Shown here piece by piece: positions 24,680 through 36,805 of a stretch of 64,000 nucleotides of DNA. The position numbers were made by a program, and so were the translations under genes. The notes under the pieces were generated by a model, which was given only the letters and a program-made list of their open reading frames with translations, was not told the DNA's origin and made no database searches. Each line of letters opens with the position of its first letter. Position 1 is the first letter of the stretch. This stretch comes from Lama guanicoe (Eukaryota), in contig MU053379.1 in the NCBI GenBank assembly GCA_013239625.1, positions 3,640,866 to 3,704,865 on the forward strand. Reading direction: 5' to 3'.

Positions 24680-25200
24680 TAGAAGCAACCCACGTGCCCA
24701 TCAATGGATGATTGGGTTAAGAAAATGTGGTGTATATATACAGCAGAATATTATTCAGCCATAAAAATGAATGCAATACCCCCACTTGCAGCAGTGTGGA
24801 TGGACCCAGAGAATATTACGCTTAGTGGAATAAGTCAGAGAAAGACAAGTACTATATGATATCACTTATATGTGGAATCTAAAAAGTAATACATATGAAT
24901 GTCTGTGCAAAATGGAAACAAACTCACATAGAAAACAAAGTCGTCATTATCAAAGGGGAGAGGAAAGGGGGAGGGGCAAATTAGGAGTATGGGATTAACA
25001 GATACAAACCACTATACAGAAAAGAGATAAGTGATAAAAATTTACTGTACAGCACTGGGAAATATACCCAATACCTTGTAATAACCTATAATGGAATATA
25101 ATCTGCAAAAAAACTGAATCACTGTTGTATGTACACCTGAAACTAACACAACCATACTTAAACTAAAAAAAAAAATTTAAAGAAAGTTAAAAAAATAAAG
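24680..25200 (+). mobile_element. L1 3' end with poly-A
   Basis: GAAGCAACC..GAATATTATTCAGCCATAAAA..ACACCTGAAACTAACAC, then an A tail. Confidence 0.9.
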
Positions 25201-25422
25201 ATCAAGCCAGTGTTCCCGTGTGGTCTCTGACGGCTGGAAGTTCTTGGTTCCCAAAAGCCCCCTCCTTGGCTTCCGATCCTTGATGAATAGAATTACAGGG
25301 AGTAGGAGATATTCCACGAGCGCAGACACTGGGGCCAGTCGTGGGCAGAGGGTGGGCCCCAGACCCTCCACTTGTGACACCTGATGCCTCTAGCCGGCAC
25401 TCTCTCCTGACACCACACACAC

Positions 25423-25498
25423 CTGTCACAGGAGGAGGAAGTGGCACTGGCTTGTGGGACAATGGAATTGGAATCCGTGTCCAAGGTGACTTCTTCCA
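25423..25498 (-). pseudogene. Fossil exon candidate (76 nt)
   Basis: cccatttctaaag|TGGAAG..TGACAG|gtgtgt; frame ambiguous. Confidence 0.4.
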
Positions 25499-25827
25499 CT
25501 TTAGAAATGGGCAGGATGCATGCGGGTCTGGTCTCACTTTCTGTCCCACCCAGTCCTCATTTGCAGCCCAGGTGACGGTGCAGACGGGCTGGCCCCTGCT
25601 GGTGCGCAGCCACTGTGGGAAGCCCTTTGGGCCAAAACAGACAAGTTTCCCCCAATTAGCACATGCGCCCCTGTGACAGAGACACAGCCCCTGGTGGCTC
25701 CCCGAGCCGGAGGCCCCTGGACTGAGACAACTCCCTGCAGGCAGCCAGCTGCCCTCCCCTCGGATGGAAACCGCCCCCCGCTTCTTCAATATTGACCCAC
25801 AAGGGAAGAAAAAAGGCATCTTAATAC

Positions 25828-25910
25828 TTTTTCTGTAGAGAATGAAGCAGCTTATTTAATATTATTTGGATAACAAGCCTCCCCATGAACAGGATTCGAA
25901 TGTCAGTTGT
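25828..25910 (-). pseudogene. Fossil exon candidate (83 nt)
   Basis: tcttttttcccctaag|ACAACT..GAAAAA|gtatta; TTDIRILFMGRLVIQIILNKLLHSLQK, phase 0 matches the upstream donor. Confidence 0.4.
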
Positions 25911-26147
25911 CTTAGGGGAAAAAAGATTTATTGCTTGGTAAATATTGAGAAAGAAAAGTTGATAAAGAGCAGCCTCAGCTGCAGCTTCTGTCCGGAGCAG
26001 GAGAACAGGCCTGTGTTGTATTTTGGGGCCCTGGGAAGGCAAAAAATTGTGAATGTCTTTCTTTGTTGCTGGGTGTAAAAGTGGCGACCGCTACAAATAA
26101 TTTCTTATTTCTGTTCGCATAGATTTTAAATTATGTCGCTTCCCTAC

Positions 26148-26487
26148 CTTGTTAAGTATTAAAGCGTTCTTGTTTAAGGAAAAGCCACTTAAATAATGAA
26201 GCTTATGTATCTTGTTTTCAGGCATCAATATCTGGCTTTGAGTGGCACAAAGAGATCAAGGAATGTGGGTTCAGAGCTGGCCGGGATGCTTGGCAATGCT
26301 AATTCCACCCCAGACTGCAAATGGGCACAAAACTGTTGAAACTTTTGTTGAAGAGCGGGCTGGGTGAGCACGTGGGGCTGGGAAATTGTATTTTCTTCGT
26401 CGAGTTCTTCTGTTTCTGAATAGTTAATCCCACTGTTCTCGCCTTCAGTAAAGATCTCTTTAGCAAAGGGGCGCTTTCCTGAAATTG
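26148..26487 (-). pseudogene. Fossil exon (about 340 nt, one frameshift)
   Basis: ISGKRPFAKEIFTEGENSGINYSETEELDEENTISQPH.., then shifted ILMPENKIHKLHYLSGFSLNKNALILNK|gtaggg. Confidence 0.55.
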
Positions 26488-26563
26488 CTTTGGGCAACAC
26501 AGACCCTGGATTCAGAAAACGTGTGTGGGATGCTGGTTTCAGCAGACGTGACGCGGGGAAAGA

Positions 26564-26577
26564 CTGCCATCTGGTGG
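26564..26577 (-). promoter_or_regulatory. CTCF motif
   Basis: Reverse complement CCACCAGATGGCAG fits CCASYAGRKGGCRS. Confidence 0.5.
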
Positions 26578-27169
26578 GCAGCTGGGTCCTCGCACCTGTG
26601 CGCGCGCCCAGGCTGCGGGAGGCAGGGCTTGGGGACTGAGGGTGCAGGCAGGTGGGTGTCTTTATAGAACACCCAGAGAACAGCTGGCAGGTGTCAGTCC
26701 TCCCTATGTCTACTGCTGTTCCCTGACCTGCACGGTGCAGGTGCGCAGTCCCTGCTGCATGGCAGTGAGGTACCAAAGTGGGGAAGACCCAGTCTCGTGG
26801 TGAAGAGTAAGAAGCAAACACGCATCTACGAAGTGCCTCCTGCGTGCCCGGTGGAGGACTGGCCGAGGACCCCAGGTGAGGGAAGGAGGCGGCGAGCTGT
26901 GTCCAGGGTCATCGGTGTCAGCGTGGATGGGTGGGGGCGGTGAGGGACGAGGACAGGCGTCTTGTCCTTCCTCATCTAGGACATGGGGTCGATCCTCCGC
27001 AAAGCCAGGTGTGAGCAGGCAAGGTCCAGGGAGCTCTGATTTATTTATCATTTCAAAATTAAAGAAAAGTCTGATTGTAAAACTGCTATACGTGTGTTGT
27101 AAAAAGAAGGAAATCTAACAACAGTGCACAAATGAGAAAAGACAGGACCGAAGGCCCTGCTGGTTACCC

Positions 27170-29600
27170 GCCGTTAACAAGTAGGTGGCCATCCCGGGGG
27201 ACATCTAGCTTTCACTCTCGCTGGATGGAAATTTAAAGTGCTCTTTACAGGACTGGAATTCAGCCTCGCGTTCTCTTCCGTCACCTGCCGTTCATTCAAC
27301 ACTGTCATGGGCTTCCTTGCAGGTCAATAAACACAGGTCTGCGCCATCGCTGTTACTGATTACGTAATATGGAACATTGACTTGCTGCCTGTCCTGTGCC
27401 GGCGCCCAGTGCTCTACCCAGGTGATCGTAGGCAGGGTTTCTTATTGTGCCCATTTCACAGATGGGGAGACCGAAGCACGAGGGAATTGAGCAGCTCTGC
27501 CACAGCACCTGACTTCAGAGCCCTGCTCTGACGGCCGGGCTGCCGGTGCTCCGTGCTTTGTTTACTGACTCTTCACTGATGGGCATCAAGTTGCTTCCTA
27601 TTTCTTTGGTATAAAAAATAAGGATGTAACAAAACTGTGGGGCTTGTATGTCTTTGTGCATTAGTGCGTCCTCTCATGAAGTTAGCACGAACGTGGGTCA
27701 AGGTGTCGCTCAGGTTCAGTGTGCTCCGTGTCTGGCTCCCCTCCAGGCGGACGTACCAGCTCCGACTCCCGCCCTGCGTTGCGAGCATCCCCGGGGCGCC
27801 ACGTCCTTGTCAATGCGAGGCCTTCCTCGTCCTTGCAGAATGCTTTTTCTTTTCCCTCTGCTTTTTATTTTGAAAAATAGTCTTTGAAAGAATTGCCGTG
27901 ATAAGCAGACTGAGCCCGTAAATTCTCCAGCTCTTGTGGATCCACCAGTTGTTAACATTCTGACTCGTGTTTGTTTTTATCAAGCGCTTAGAGTTAGTTA
28001 TAGACCTCGGGGCACGCGGCCCTCAGGCACTTCAGTGTGTATCTCTCTTACGAACAAGGACGTGTTCTTCCGTGAGCACCCTATAATCACCACACTTGGC
28101 AAATTTTACATCGATGTGATACTTTCCGAAGGTAAAGTCCACAGAAAATTATTGAATACTTACTTGAGTCTTGTTTTGATCCAGCACGGAGTCAAGGGTG
28201 ACATGCAGTTTTGTAGTCATCGGGAACCGTTCTCGAGTCTCTTCTGTGGCCTCTCGTGGCTCTGACCCCGGGAGAGTCTTTGAGAGCGTTCCTCAGCCTG
28301 GGTTCGTCTGCTGGCTTCTAGGGGATTCGCTTTAGCCTCCCTGCGGTTGCCAGGCTTCCTACCCAATGACACGGCTTCTGGAGGAACATGATCCCACCTG
28401 TCCTGTGACGGTTGATGTGAACTTCCTGATCACATGGGTAAGGAGGTGTCTCTCCATTGGAAAAATGCCCCGATCCTGTGCTTAACGAGTGATGACTGAG
28501 CGATGCTTTGAGAGCCAGTATTTGCTCACCCGACGACGGCAGACACCACGGGTGCTCCTCGTCCGACTTGGTGACTGTGCTGCTGCCTGTAAAGTGATGA
28601 GTTTCATTCTCTGTTACTCCCTTTGCATTCTTTTTTTGAGTGGCCACTGTTCTGGGAGGAAAAGCTTTCCCTTCCATCCCTCACCTTTTCCAGTATCGGT
28701 AGCGACTCACGGATTCTTTTGGTGCTCAGTGTGTTTCTGCAGCTACCTGTTCTGAGAGCCAGATCACCCCAGATTTGGCCAATGACGGCCCTTCAGGCTG
28801 GACCCCACCCAGGGCGTGTCCTTATTTTGTGACACAAGATGTTTCATGGAGGCTTCCCTTGATCGCTCCTTGCTTCCAGCCTGGAATCAGCCGTTCCTCC
28901 AGACCCGCCCGTCCTTGGCTCGTGGTTTACTCTCTCCCTATTATTACTTAAAGACTTGATATACGGCACTGTTGCCTTTTCCGGTGTACAGGTTTCAGAT
29001 TTTCCATCAAGATGCGGAGCAGTCCCATCACCCCAGGAGCTCCTTGGCTGCCTGTCTGGAGTGAGACGCCCCCCCAGCAGCCCTGACAGCCTCTGACCTT
29101 TTCTCCATCTCTGCAACTTTACCGTCCGGGGATGTGACAGGAAATGGGACCACACGGAAGCAGCAGCGTCTTGCGTCTGGCTCCCGCGCTCAGCACGATG
29201 CCTGGCGCCCCCCCACCCCCGCCCCGCCGGCGCAGGCGGCAACAGCGCCGTTAGCCCGTCGCGCTTGTCCGCCCGCCCGGCCGCTGCGGGGCGCTGGCGG
29301 CCGCTTCCAGTTTCCGCTGGTCCTGAGCAGCGCGGCCTCAGCGCTCCCTTGTCGGTCCTCTCCGCTGAGTGTGTGTGAGCGCGGAGGGAGCGCGGCTGCC
29401 GACCCAGGCCGCGCGGCAAGCGAGCGCCTGCCGCCCGGCGCAGCGCCCAGGCCGCTCGGCGCCCGCCCCTCGCCGCCGCCGCCGCGCTGGTTGCGATCTT
29501 TCCGTCCTTCTAGTACACGTGTAGCGTCCCCGTGCTTTTCAGTCTTCGCCAGTGTGACGGTGAGTAGCAAGCGCACACCCAGCACGTGCTGGCCGCTTCC
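27170..29600 (-). mobile_element. Old L1MC/ME fragments with a MIR (about 27400-27540)
   Basis: Antisense L1 3' UTR motifs; MIR core CCCATTTCACAGATGGGGAGACCGAAGCAC. Confidence 0.6.
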
Positions 29601-29900
29601 TAACACTGAGAATCGGCGTTACCGCGGCAAACCTCAGTAAAAGGGAACCTCAGGAAGGAGCCGGGAGGCCACGCGGGCCCCCACGCAGCGCCCCTCAGGG
29701 TCAGCGCGGGGCCCAGCGGGACAGAGCGCCGTGCGTCCCAGCAGGAAGGCGCACCGCCTTGCTGCCGCCACCAGGAGGGGGAAGGGCTTTCCTCCTCGCC
29801 TGGCGACGGCTCAGCCAATGGCCGACTGTCGCGACTCAGCCCGGAAAAGCCGCCGCACCTTGAGCTCCCGCTCCTCCAGTGGCCTTTTGTCCGCAACAGC
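29130..29900. promoter_or_regulatory. CpG island built on L1 and LTR remnants
   Basis: Very high CpG; CCAAT box near 29816; GC box near 29912. Confidence 0.65.
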
Positions 29901-30070
29901 CCTTCCTAACCGCCCCGCCTCCTCTGTAAAAGAGTTTCCCCTCCCTTGCTTTACCTTTTCGCTGGTGCTTCACCATAGTGGCGTGTCTCGAATTGCATTT
30001 TTTTGCTGCTCTGGAATGAACTCATTTTGCTGGTAAAAATAACTGGCAATCTTACTGTTTCAGTTTAACA
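29617..30070 (+). mobile_element. ERV1-type solo LTR
   Basis: AGTAAAAGGGAACCT..GGAGCCGGGAGGCCA start, CAGCCAATG, TATA-like TGTAAAA, AATGAA, ends TTAACA; no TSD recognisable. Confidence 0.65.
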
Positions 30071-30234
30071 GTATTTTATAATGCCAAGAATTACAACCAG
30101 TCTCATAGATAAAAGAGATGTTTTATGATATTTAAATTTTCGCTTTTGTCGTTATTGCTATGAGGAACATTAAAGTGGCTCATTTTTAAAATACTTTATT
30201 TCTTTAATTAAATTTATTTAATTAAATTTAATTA

Positions 30235-31028
30235 ATTATTTTTTATTGAAGTAGAGTTGGTGTACAGTATTGCGTTAGTTTCAAGTGTGCGGCATAGTGA
30301 CTCAGTTATACACATGTGTATCATTTTCAGATTCTTTTTCATTATAGGCTGATACAGGCGATTGAACACAGTTCCTGTGCTCTACAGCAGGACCTTGTTG
30401 TTTATCTATTTTGTGTACAGTAGTGTGTGTCTATGAATCCCAGACTCCTAATTCATCCCTGCCACCCCTCCCTTTCCTCTTTGGTAACCAGAGTTCTTCT
30501 ATGTCCGTGAGTCTGCTTCTGTTTTGTAAACAGATTGATTTGTATTATTGTTTAGATTCCACATATAAGTGATATCGTATATTTGCCTTTCTCTGTCTGA
30601 CTTACTTCACTTAGTACGATCATCTCTAGGTCCATCCATGTTGCTGCAATTGGCAGCATTTCATTCTTTTTTGTGCATGAATAGCATTCCATTGTATGTG
30701 TGTATGTATATAGTGTATCTGTCTATCTATCTCTATCTATCTGTATGTCCACCCACACCACGTCTTTATCCAGTCATCTGCTGATGGACATTTAGTTGCT
30801 TCTATGTCTTAGCTATTTTAAGTAGTGCTGCTATGAACACTGAGGTGCATGTATCTTTTCAAAATAGAATTTTTGTGTTTTCCAATGCCCAGGAGTAGGA
30901 CTGCTGGATCATAGGGTAACTCTAGTTTTTAAGGACCCTCCATACTGTTCTCCATGGTGGCTGCACCAATTTACGTTCCCACCAACGGCGTAGGAGGGTT
31001 CCCCTTTCTCCAAACCGTCTCCAGCATA
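30235..31028 (-). mobile_element. L1 3' end (cetartiodactyl type)
   Basis: TTTTATTGAAGTAGAGTTG..TTAGATTCCACATATAAGTGATATC..TTTCTCCAAACCGTCTCCAGCA. Confidence 0.95.
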
Positions 31029-31783
31029 AAATGGCTTGATTTTTATACTGAGAGAGAGGATGACTGACAGGTGTGTTCCTGCCTGAAGGTGTCCTGTCCT
31101 CTGACTGCTTCGTCCTGTCTCTGGCATTTCTGGTGCCCGTGGCCCCTTCCACAGCTCCTGGTTTTCGTGGCGGCCACGAGTGAGAAATAACGGTCAGCTC
31201 TTTCTCTCTCTCTCTGCTGACTAAAGACGAGGGAGCAGAGTCACGTGGAGGAGAAGGCAAAGCCAGTACTGGCTGCGGCAGATCAGGGCGTGGGCCCTGT
31301 CTCTGCACAGTCCTTCCAGCTCCCACCGGGGATTGTTACACTCAGTTCAGTTTGATTCAGCTCCACAAAACCACCGGTGGCACCGGCAGGGGCGGGTCCC
31401 ATGCTGCTCACTGGAGTCACTGATGTCAATAAGACCCTGTTCTCAGAGGGGCTCCAGGCTCACAGAGACAGGCTGGGAGGAGACGTGGACAGGATCAGCC
31501 ATGGGGTTGGTGAGGCCACGAGTCTTAGCCGGATGAGCCGCGGTCTGACCTCGGAAGGAAAGGGCGCAGCTGTCGGAGGCTGAGCTGAGCTCTGAGTGAC
31601 CGTGGCTGTCTGAACCTGCCTCTTCCCCTCCCAGCTTCCCATTCAGAAGAAAAAAACAGTGTTAAGCTCATGCGTGGGTCTGGAGGACAACCAGAGACGG
31701 CATTTTACAGCTGCCAAGGTCTGAAATGCTCGGTTGGCTCTGCGGCTACGAAACCACCTGCCGGGCACAGAGCAGGTGCTCAC

Positions 31784-32483
31784 CGCGCCTGGAGGAACGA
31801 CCCTGCTTGCCAGAGCGCTCGCATAGAGGAGAGCTGTCGACCGAGCGAAGCTGCCGGCCCCGCTGGCCCGGGGCACAGGGCAGCTCCACTGTCCGGGTCT
31901 CCCGCTGGCCCTGGCACGGCCGGGGCGGCCACTGGAGACTTGCTGTCTGAAGCCACTTCCTTGGGGTTGAAGGAGACTGCCCCGGGGGAACCTCAGGCTG
32001 GAACCCAAGTGTTCGCCCAGTTCAGCGTAAATGCAAAGGCTGATTTATCTTGGAAGCTGTCCTCTCTCCTTGGGAAACATGTCGGCCTTTGGTGGGGGCT
32101 CTCTTCTTCCGGTCCAGAACTGAACGTGGGACTTCCGTGCTGGTCGCAGAGCGGGCTTGAACCAGCCAGGAGGCAAAACCACATGGTTGTTTGAACATAG
32201 AGAATTTTGTAGAAAGAACTGTTAATTGGGCAACTGCAGGGCAAAAGCCGACTCTGAGGTGCTCTGCTGTTGGAGTCTGTAGGAAATCACTTCCTCTGGG
32301 GACAAGTGAACAAAGGAAGGTTGGAGATTATCCAAACATAGAAACTCGAGGAGGGGCCTGTGGATCTCAGATGTCTGAGCAGGCGACACACGGAAGTTGG
32401 TCCTGCCAGCGTCAGGGCCACTGCAGACTCAGTTGAGTTGCTGCTGCGGGTAGGAACCACCGCCAGCTGGTGGAGACACATCA
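31784..32483 (-). pseudogene. Large fossil exon candidate (about 700 nt)
   Basis: gtctgtgtccctcag|TGATGT..GGCGCG|gtgagc; RPLLEFLCLDNLQPSFVHLSPEEVISYRLQQQSTSESAF, then after a frameshift SSGPEEESPHQRP..SFNPKEVASDSKSP. Confidence 0.5.
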
Positions 32484-33239
32484 CTGAGGGACACAGACAG
32501 TCACAGGAAGGGACCCTCCCCCCCCCCAGTCTCCCTCTATCACCTCCTGGCAGAGGCTGACGGGGGCAGCCGGCCGAGCAGAAATGTGGACGCAACAGCC
32601 TAAAGCCCAATATGGAAGGTGGGTCTGGAGCTTGGCGATAACAGCTCAGCGGCTGGCCCCTTGTTTACTGGGTCGGTCTGAATGACTGGATAATTGTGTG
32701 TGCAATAAACGTCCAAGCGTTTACTTTCACTCAATAATTATCTCATGATGCATGTAGGTCAAATCGTCGTGCTGGACGCCCTGAACTTATACAGTGCTGT
32801 ATGTGAATTATATCTCAATAAAACTGGAAATCAAAGAAAAGAAAAAGCAAAGACACTTTTTGCAAAATAAATATTTTATAAAACATTTCTATGTAATAAC
32901 TGACACACATAAAAGACAATGTATATTTTATTTTTCAATTTATGAAGCATGATACTAAAATAAGCAACGACTCCATTATCCATCTCGAGAACTGGCACGT
33001 CACCCACTGTCCGTGCCTCCCTGTTCTCCTTCGCTTACCTTCGAAGGATAAGCAGCATCTGGAATGCTGTGGGAAGTCGAAAATGTCTCCGCCTCCTCTT
33101 CTATTTGAAAAAACATTTTTATAGAAAAATTGCCAAAGCAGTACAATAAATGTCCACTTGCCCTTTGTTGAGACTCACCAGCTGTCAGCAGTTGCCTCCT
33201 CTGTTCCGCTGTCCCTGGCTGGCGGGCCGCCTCTGCTGT

Positions 33240-33495
33240 TTTTCTGACTGAAGTCTGGTCAGTTCACCGTGTGGCGGTTTCTGGCGCACAGCGTCACGTT
33301 TCAGTCGGACATACACATACATGCATTTGTTTTCATGTTCTTTTTCACTATAGGTCGCTACAAGACATTGAATATAGATCTCTGTGCTGTGCAGTAGAAC
33401 CTTGTTTATCTATTTTATCTGCAGTAGTTAACCTTTGCAAATCTTGAACTCCCAGTTTATCCCCCACCCCGCCCTGGGAACCATACGTTTATCTA
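33240..33495 (-). mobile_element. L1 3' terminus
   Basis: TGAAGTCTGGTCAGTT..TACAAGACATTGAATATAG. Confidence 0.8.
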
Positions 33496-33496
33496 T

Positions 33497-33972
33497 TGTT
33501 AAGGAGAAACAATGCAGGAACACCTGTTACAGAGGGAAAGGCAGACTTCACTCGGGCGCATCGCAGTAGGTGCAGGGACCTTGGTGCCGGGATTTTGCGG
33601 TGGGGCAGAGAGAGACTGGGCTCATCCCAGCCGCAGCCTGGGCAGGTGGGAATTCATAGCCAAGGAGTGGGGTAGGTCTGTGGATGAGAAGTTACTCAGA
33701 GGAAACATCGGGGTAAAAGGGTTCTGTCTGGCTAAACTGACCTAGTGGAGTTCTCTGCTGAAGACAGGCCCGGTGAGCAGACACCGCCGGGGTGGGGGGT
33801 GGCGCTAGGGGAGAAGGAGCCGGTCAGGTACTGAGGGCGATCAGATACTCAGTGTGGGGTTTTGCTTACACTGACGTAGGGGCGTTCTTGCTAAAACTGG
33901 ATTTTACAAGATGGGCCTTGGAGAAGGTTCGGGAGCCGGACTGAAGTTTGGTCACGCAAAGCCTCTTGGTCA
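33497..33972 (-). mobile_element. MER31-like ERV1 solo LTR
   Basis: TG..CA termini; 4-bp TSD CTAT/CTAC; reverse complement begins TGACCAAGAGGC..TGACCAAACTTCAGTCCGGCTCC..CCAGTTTTAGCAAGAA. Confidence 0.8.
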
Positions 33973-34994
33973 CTACTCGCCTCAGTGCTTGTCCTGAACC
34001 CATGTGAGCCACAGTCACAGACATCTGTCCTTTCGTCTCTGGACACTTTGTGTGTCTTCTAAGACCAAGGACGCCGGCCTCCGTCCCCGTAGTGTGGACC
34101 GACACCCAGTCCCGCCTGTGCTCGCCTGTCCCCAGCTGTCCCTCTGGTCCCCTCTGTAACCACTGCCTTGTTTGTTTGCTCCAGGGCCAGCCCAGGTCAC
34201 ACAGTGCATTGTGCTGTCTTCGCTCTTTGGCATCCCGGATCCTGGAACAATCCCTCAGCCTCTTCCCCACAGGCCAGCGAGTTTCAAAAAGTCCAGGCCA
34301 GCTGTCTTCAGAAGGTGCCTCGATCTGGGTTTGTCTGACTGTTTCCGCCTGTGTCGGTTCAGATGAATAAAACCCCCAGCTTCTGAGGCCCCTTGAAAAG
34401 CTTCACACGGAACGCAACCTGCTTTCAATTTGCTTTTGCACCAGGGACTTTATCGCCCGGGGGAACTGAGGCCGTAAGGCAAGCCCAGCCCCTGGAAGAG
34501 ACTGTGGCTCAGCTGGGTAAGGCCGGTCGCTGAGTGGTCCGCTTACAGTTTCTCTCTGGCCGTCGGGGGCTCCAGAGGCCTCCCTTCCAGCCTCAGCCGA
34601 GACCCAGTTTCCGTCCACCTCTGCTGTGTGCCGCCCCAGCCCGGAGCTCTGGGCTGCTCCGAGCTGACCGAGGACTCACCCAGGTGAGGCCCAGGTGCCC
34701 GGTCGCGGGCCCCCTGCCTGGCAGACGCAGGGTGGAGCCCAGCAAAGTGAGAAGCACTTGGGGCTCCCAGAGACAGGAATCGACTTCCTGAGCTGGGAGT
34801 TGGCCAGGAGTCCGCAGTCTTCTACCTCCGCGCATTCAAAGGCTGGGATGGGGGTTCAGGGGTGCATTTGCGAAGGCCCAGCCTCCAGGAGCCGTCGGGT
34901 TACTTCCACCCGCTAAGTCTTCCACCTCCTAAGTCCTCAGGGCCCCTACGTGGGTGTGAACCCGGCTGGGGACACCCAGAGGCGGCGGGTTCCC

Positions 34995-35008
34995 CCACTA
35001 GGTGGCAC
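34995..35008 (+). promoter_or_regulatory. CTCF motif
   Basis: CCACTAGGTGGCAC fits the consensus. Confidence 0.55.
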
Positions 35009-35239
35009 CATCTAACTGCAGGCCAGTTCCATGGAGTGGAGCTCTTCGCACCCTTCACTCATCTTCCCCAGAACCTGCTGGCGTATGTCAAGTATGTCAA
35101 GTCTCCCTCTCTCCCTGAGAACGATCCTGGGGAGGCGGGCGGGGTGGGAACAGCTGCAGGGTGTCCCGTGTTCCTGGTGGGGACTAGGACCAGAATGAAT
35201 CCACATGTTCCGCGGCAAAGCCAACCCCCATCGGGACTG

Positions 35240-35600
35240 AGACCCCTGGGGACAGCGGGCACTGAGCCCCAGGAAGCCTTCCCGAGGGCCTGGGAGAGGG
35301 TCGGCGTGCCGGCTGGCAGATGGGGAGCCTGGAGATGCAGCGCGCGCAGCGGGGGCGCCGGAGGCCGCGTGGGTGCGGATGAGCTGCAGGCGCGGACCTC
35401 CCTCAGAGCCCCCGTCGGACGGGCAGGTCTCCCCGCAGGGCCCGCCACCTCCTCCCTTCCCGGGGACAGGGCGCGAGAAGGCGGCTTCCCCGCGCCGCCG
35501 GGGCTGCTGCGATGGGAGGGGCGCCCTGGGAGGGCAGCGGTCCACCCATGGCGGGGAGGGGGGGCGCCGCGTTTGCCCCCCACCTCCTGCCCTTCAGGGG
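35240..35600. promoter_or_regulatory. CpG-rich island
   Basis: High CpG/GC. Confidence 0.45.
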
Positions 35601-36459
35601 GATTGAGCATCTCACGGGGGACAGGTCCCCCCGATGTCCAGCGGAAGATGGTCTCAGCAGAGCAGCCCCAGGGTAGGGGGTGTGGACGGGGCGCTGGCAG
35701 GGACACCAGTACCCTCTGACAGTGCTCAGTGCCCCCAACGTTGCCCCCCGGAGATGCCCACTCTCCCCTCCCCTCGCCCCTCAGCCCTGCACCTCCGTCC
35801 CTGTCAGAACGTGCCCCTCTGGTGTTCTGTCCTGGCTGTATCCTGCCTGCCAGAGTGACAGCATGTAACACCCAGGGCTCAGACCTCACATCAGATCTGG
35901 GCTGGAGCCAGCCTCGCAGGGAGCCCGGGTAAAAGAGGGGCCGCTCCGAGGAGGGGCGGGCAGGCCGGGTGCCCGCCTCCTGGGCCTCGCGCCTGCCCTT
36001 TGCTGACCTCGGAGGTGTCCGTCTGCATCTCGGCATCCTTAGTGCAGATGAGAAGCTAGTCTCCATGGGGTCTTTGATTTCAAGAAATAAAAATGGACAC
36101 CAGTAGCATCTTAGGTGGGCCAGAGAGGAGAGCTAAGGGGAGGAAAGGATGCGGAGGTGTCTGCGTCCCCAGCCGGGAACACCACAGCTTCCGAAAGGGC
36201 CCCGCCTCTCTGATTTGGTCCTCGTGGCACCCTGTGGGGTCCAGCACTTCATGGGACTCGCCTGCCTCTGGGGGCCTGTAAGCATGTCCATGTGTGGGCA
36301 GCGGCTATGATCATCCCATTTAATCTTAACGACCCCCAAGTAGTGGTTGCTGGGTACAGAGGAGGACGGTCCCCTCAGAGAGGCTGCGACTTGCTCCAGG
36401 TCCCCCTCCTGGAAAATGGGGAGCGAGGCCTCCCTGGTTCTCCTTCTCTGTTACCATCT

Positions 36460-36805
36460 ATGGGATGGATTGTGTTAAAGATGGCGCCAACAGTTCCTCC
36501 CCGCCTCAGAGGTCAGATTGCTCCACGTAAGGGGGCCCGGGAGGATGAGACACCAGCTGGAGCGCCAAGGCTGCCGACCCCTGACAGGGCGGTCTTGGTT
36601 CTTCCAGCCCCTCCCAGATGAACATGTGAGTGGCCGCAGCCTGCATGACACGGAGCAGAGGAACTGCCTGGCCAACCCTCAGCATCCTGAGAAGTAACAC
36701 ATTGCCACCGAAATTTGGTAATTTGCTTTAATTGAATCACAAATTGTTGTTTTAAGCTGTGCCATTTTGGAGTGGTTTGTTACATAGCAGTTGATAAATC
36801 AAAAG
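36460..36805 (+). mobile_element. MaLR MLT1-type LTR
   Basis: AAAGATGGCGCCAACAGTTCCTCCC start; TTGTTGTTTTAAGC..TTTTGGAGTGGTTTGTTACATAGCA end. Confidence 0.8.

Noticed and set aside
34862..36066. Long ORFs (285 and 335 aa) on both strands
   Set aside because: G/P/A/R-rich, open on both strands, no domain; this is stop depletion in GC-rich DNA.
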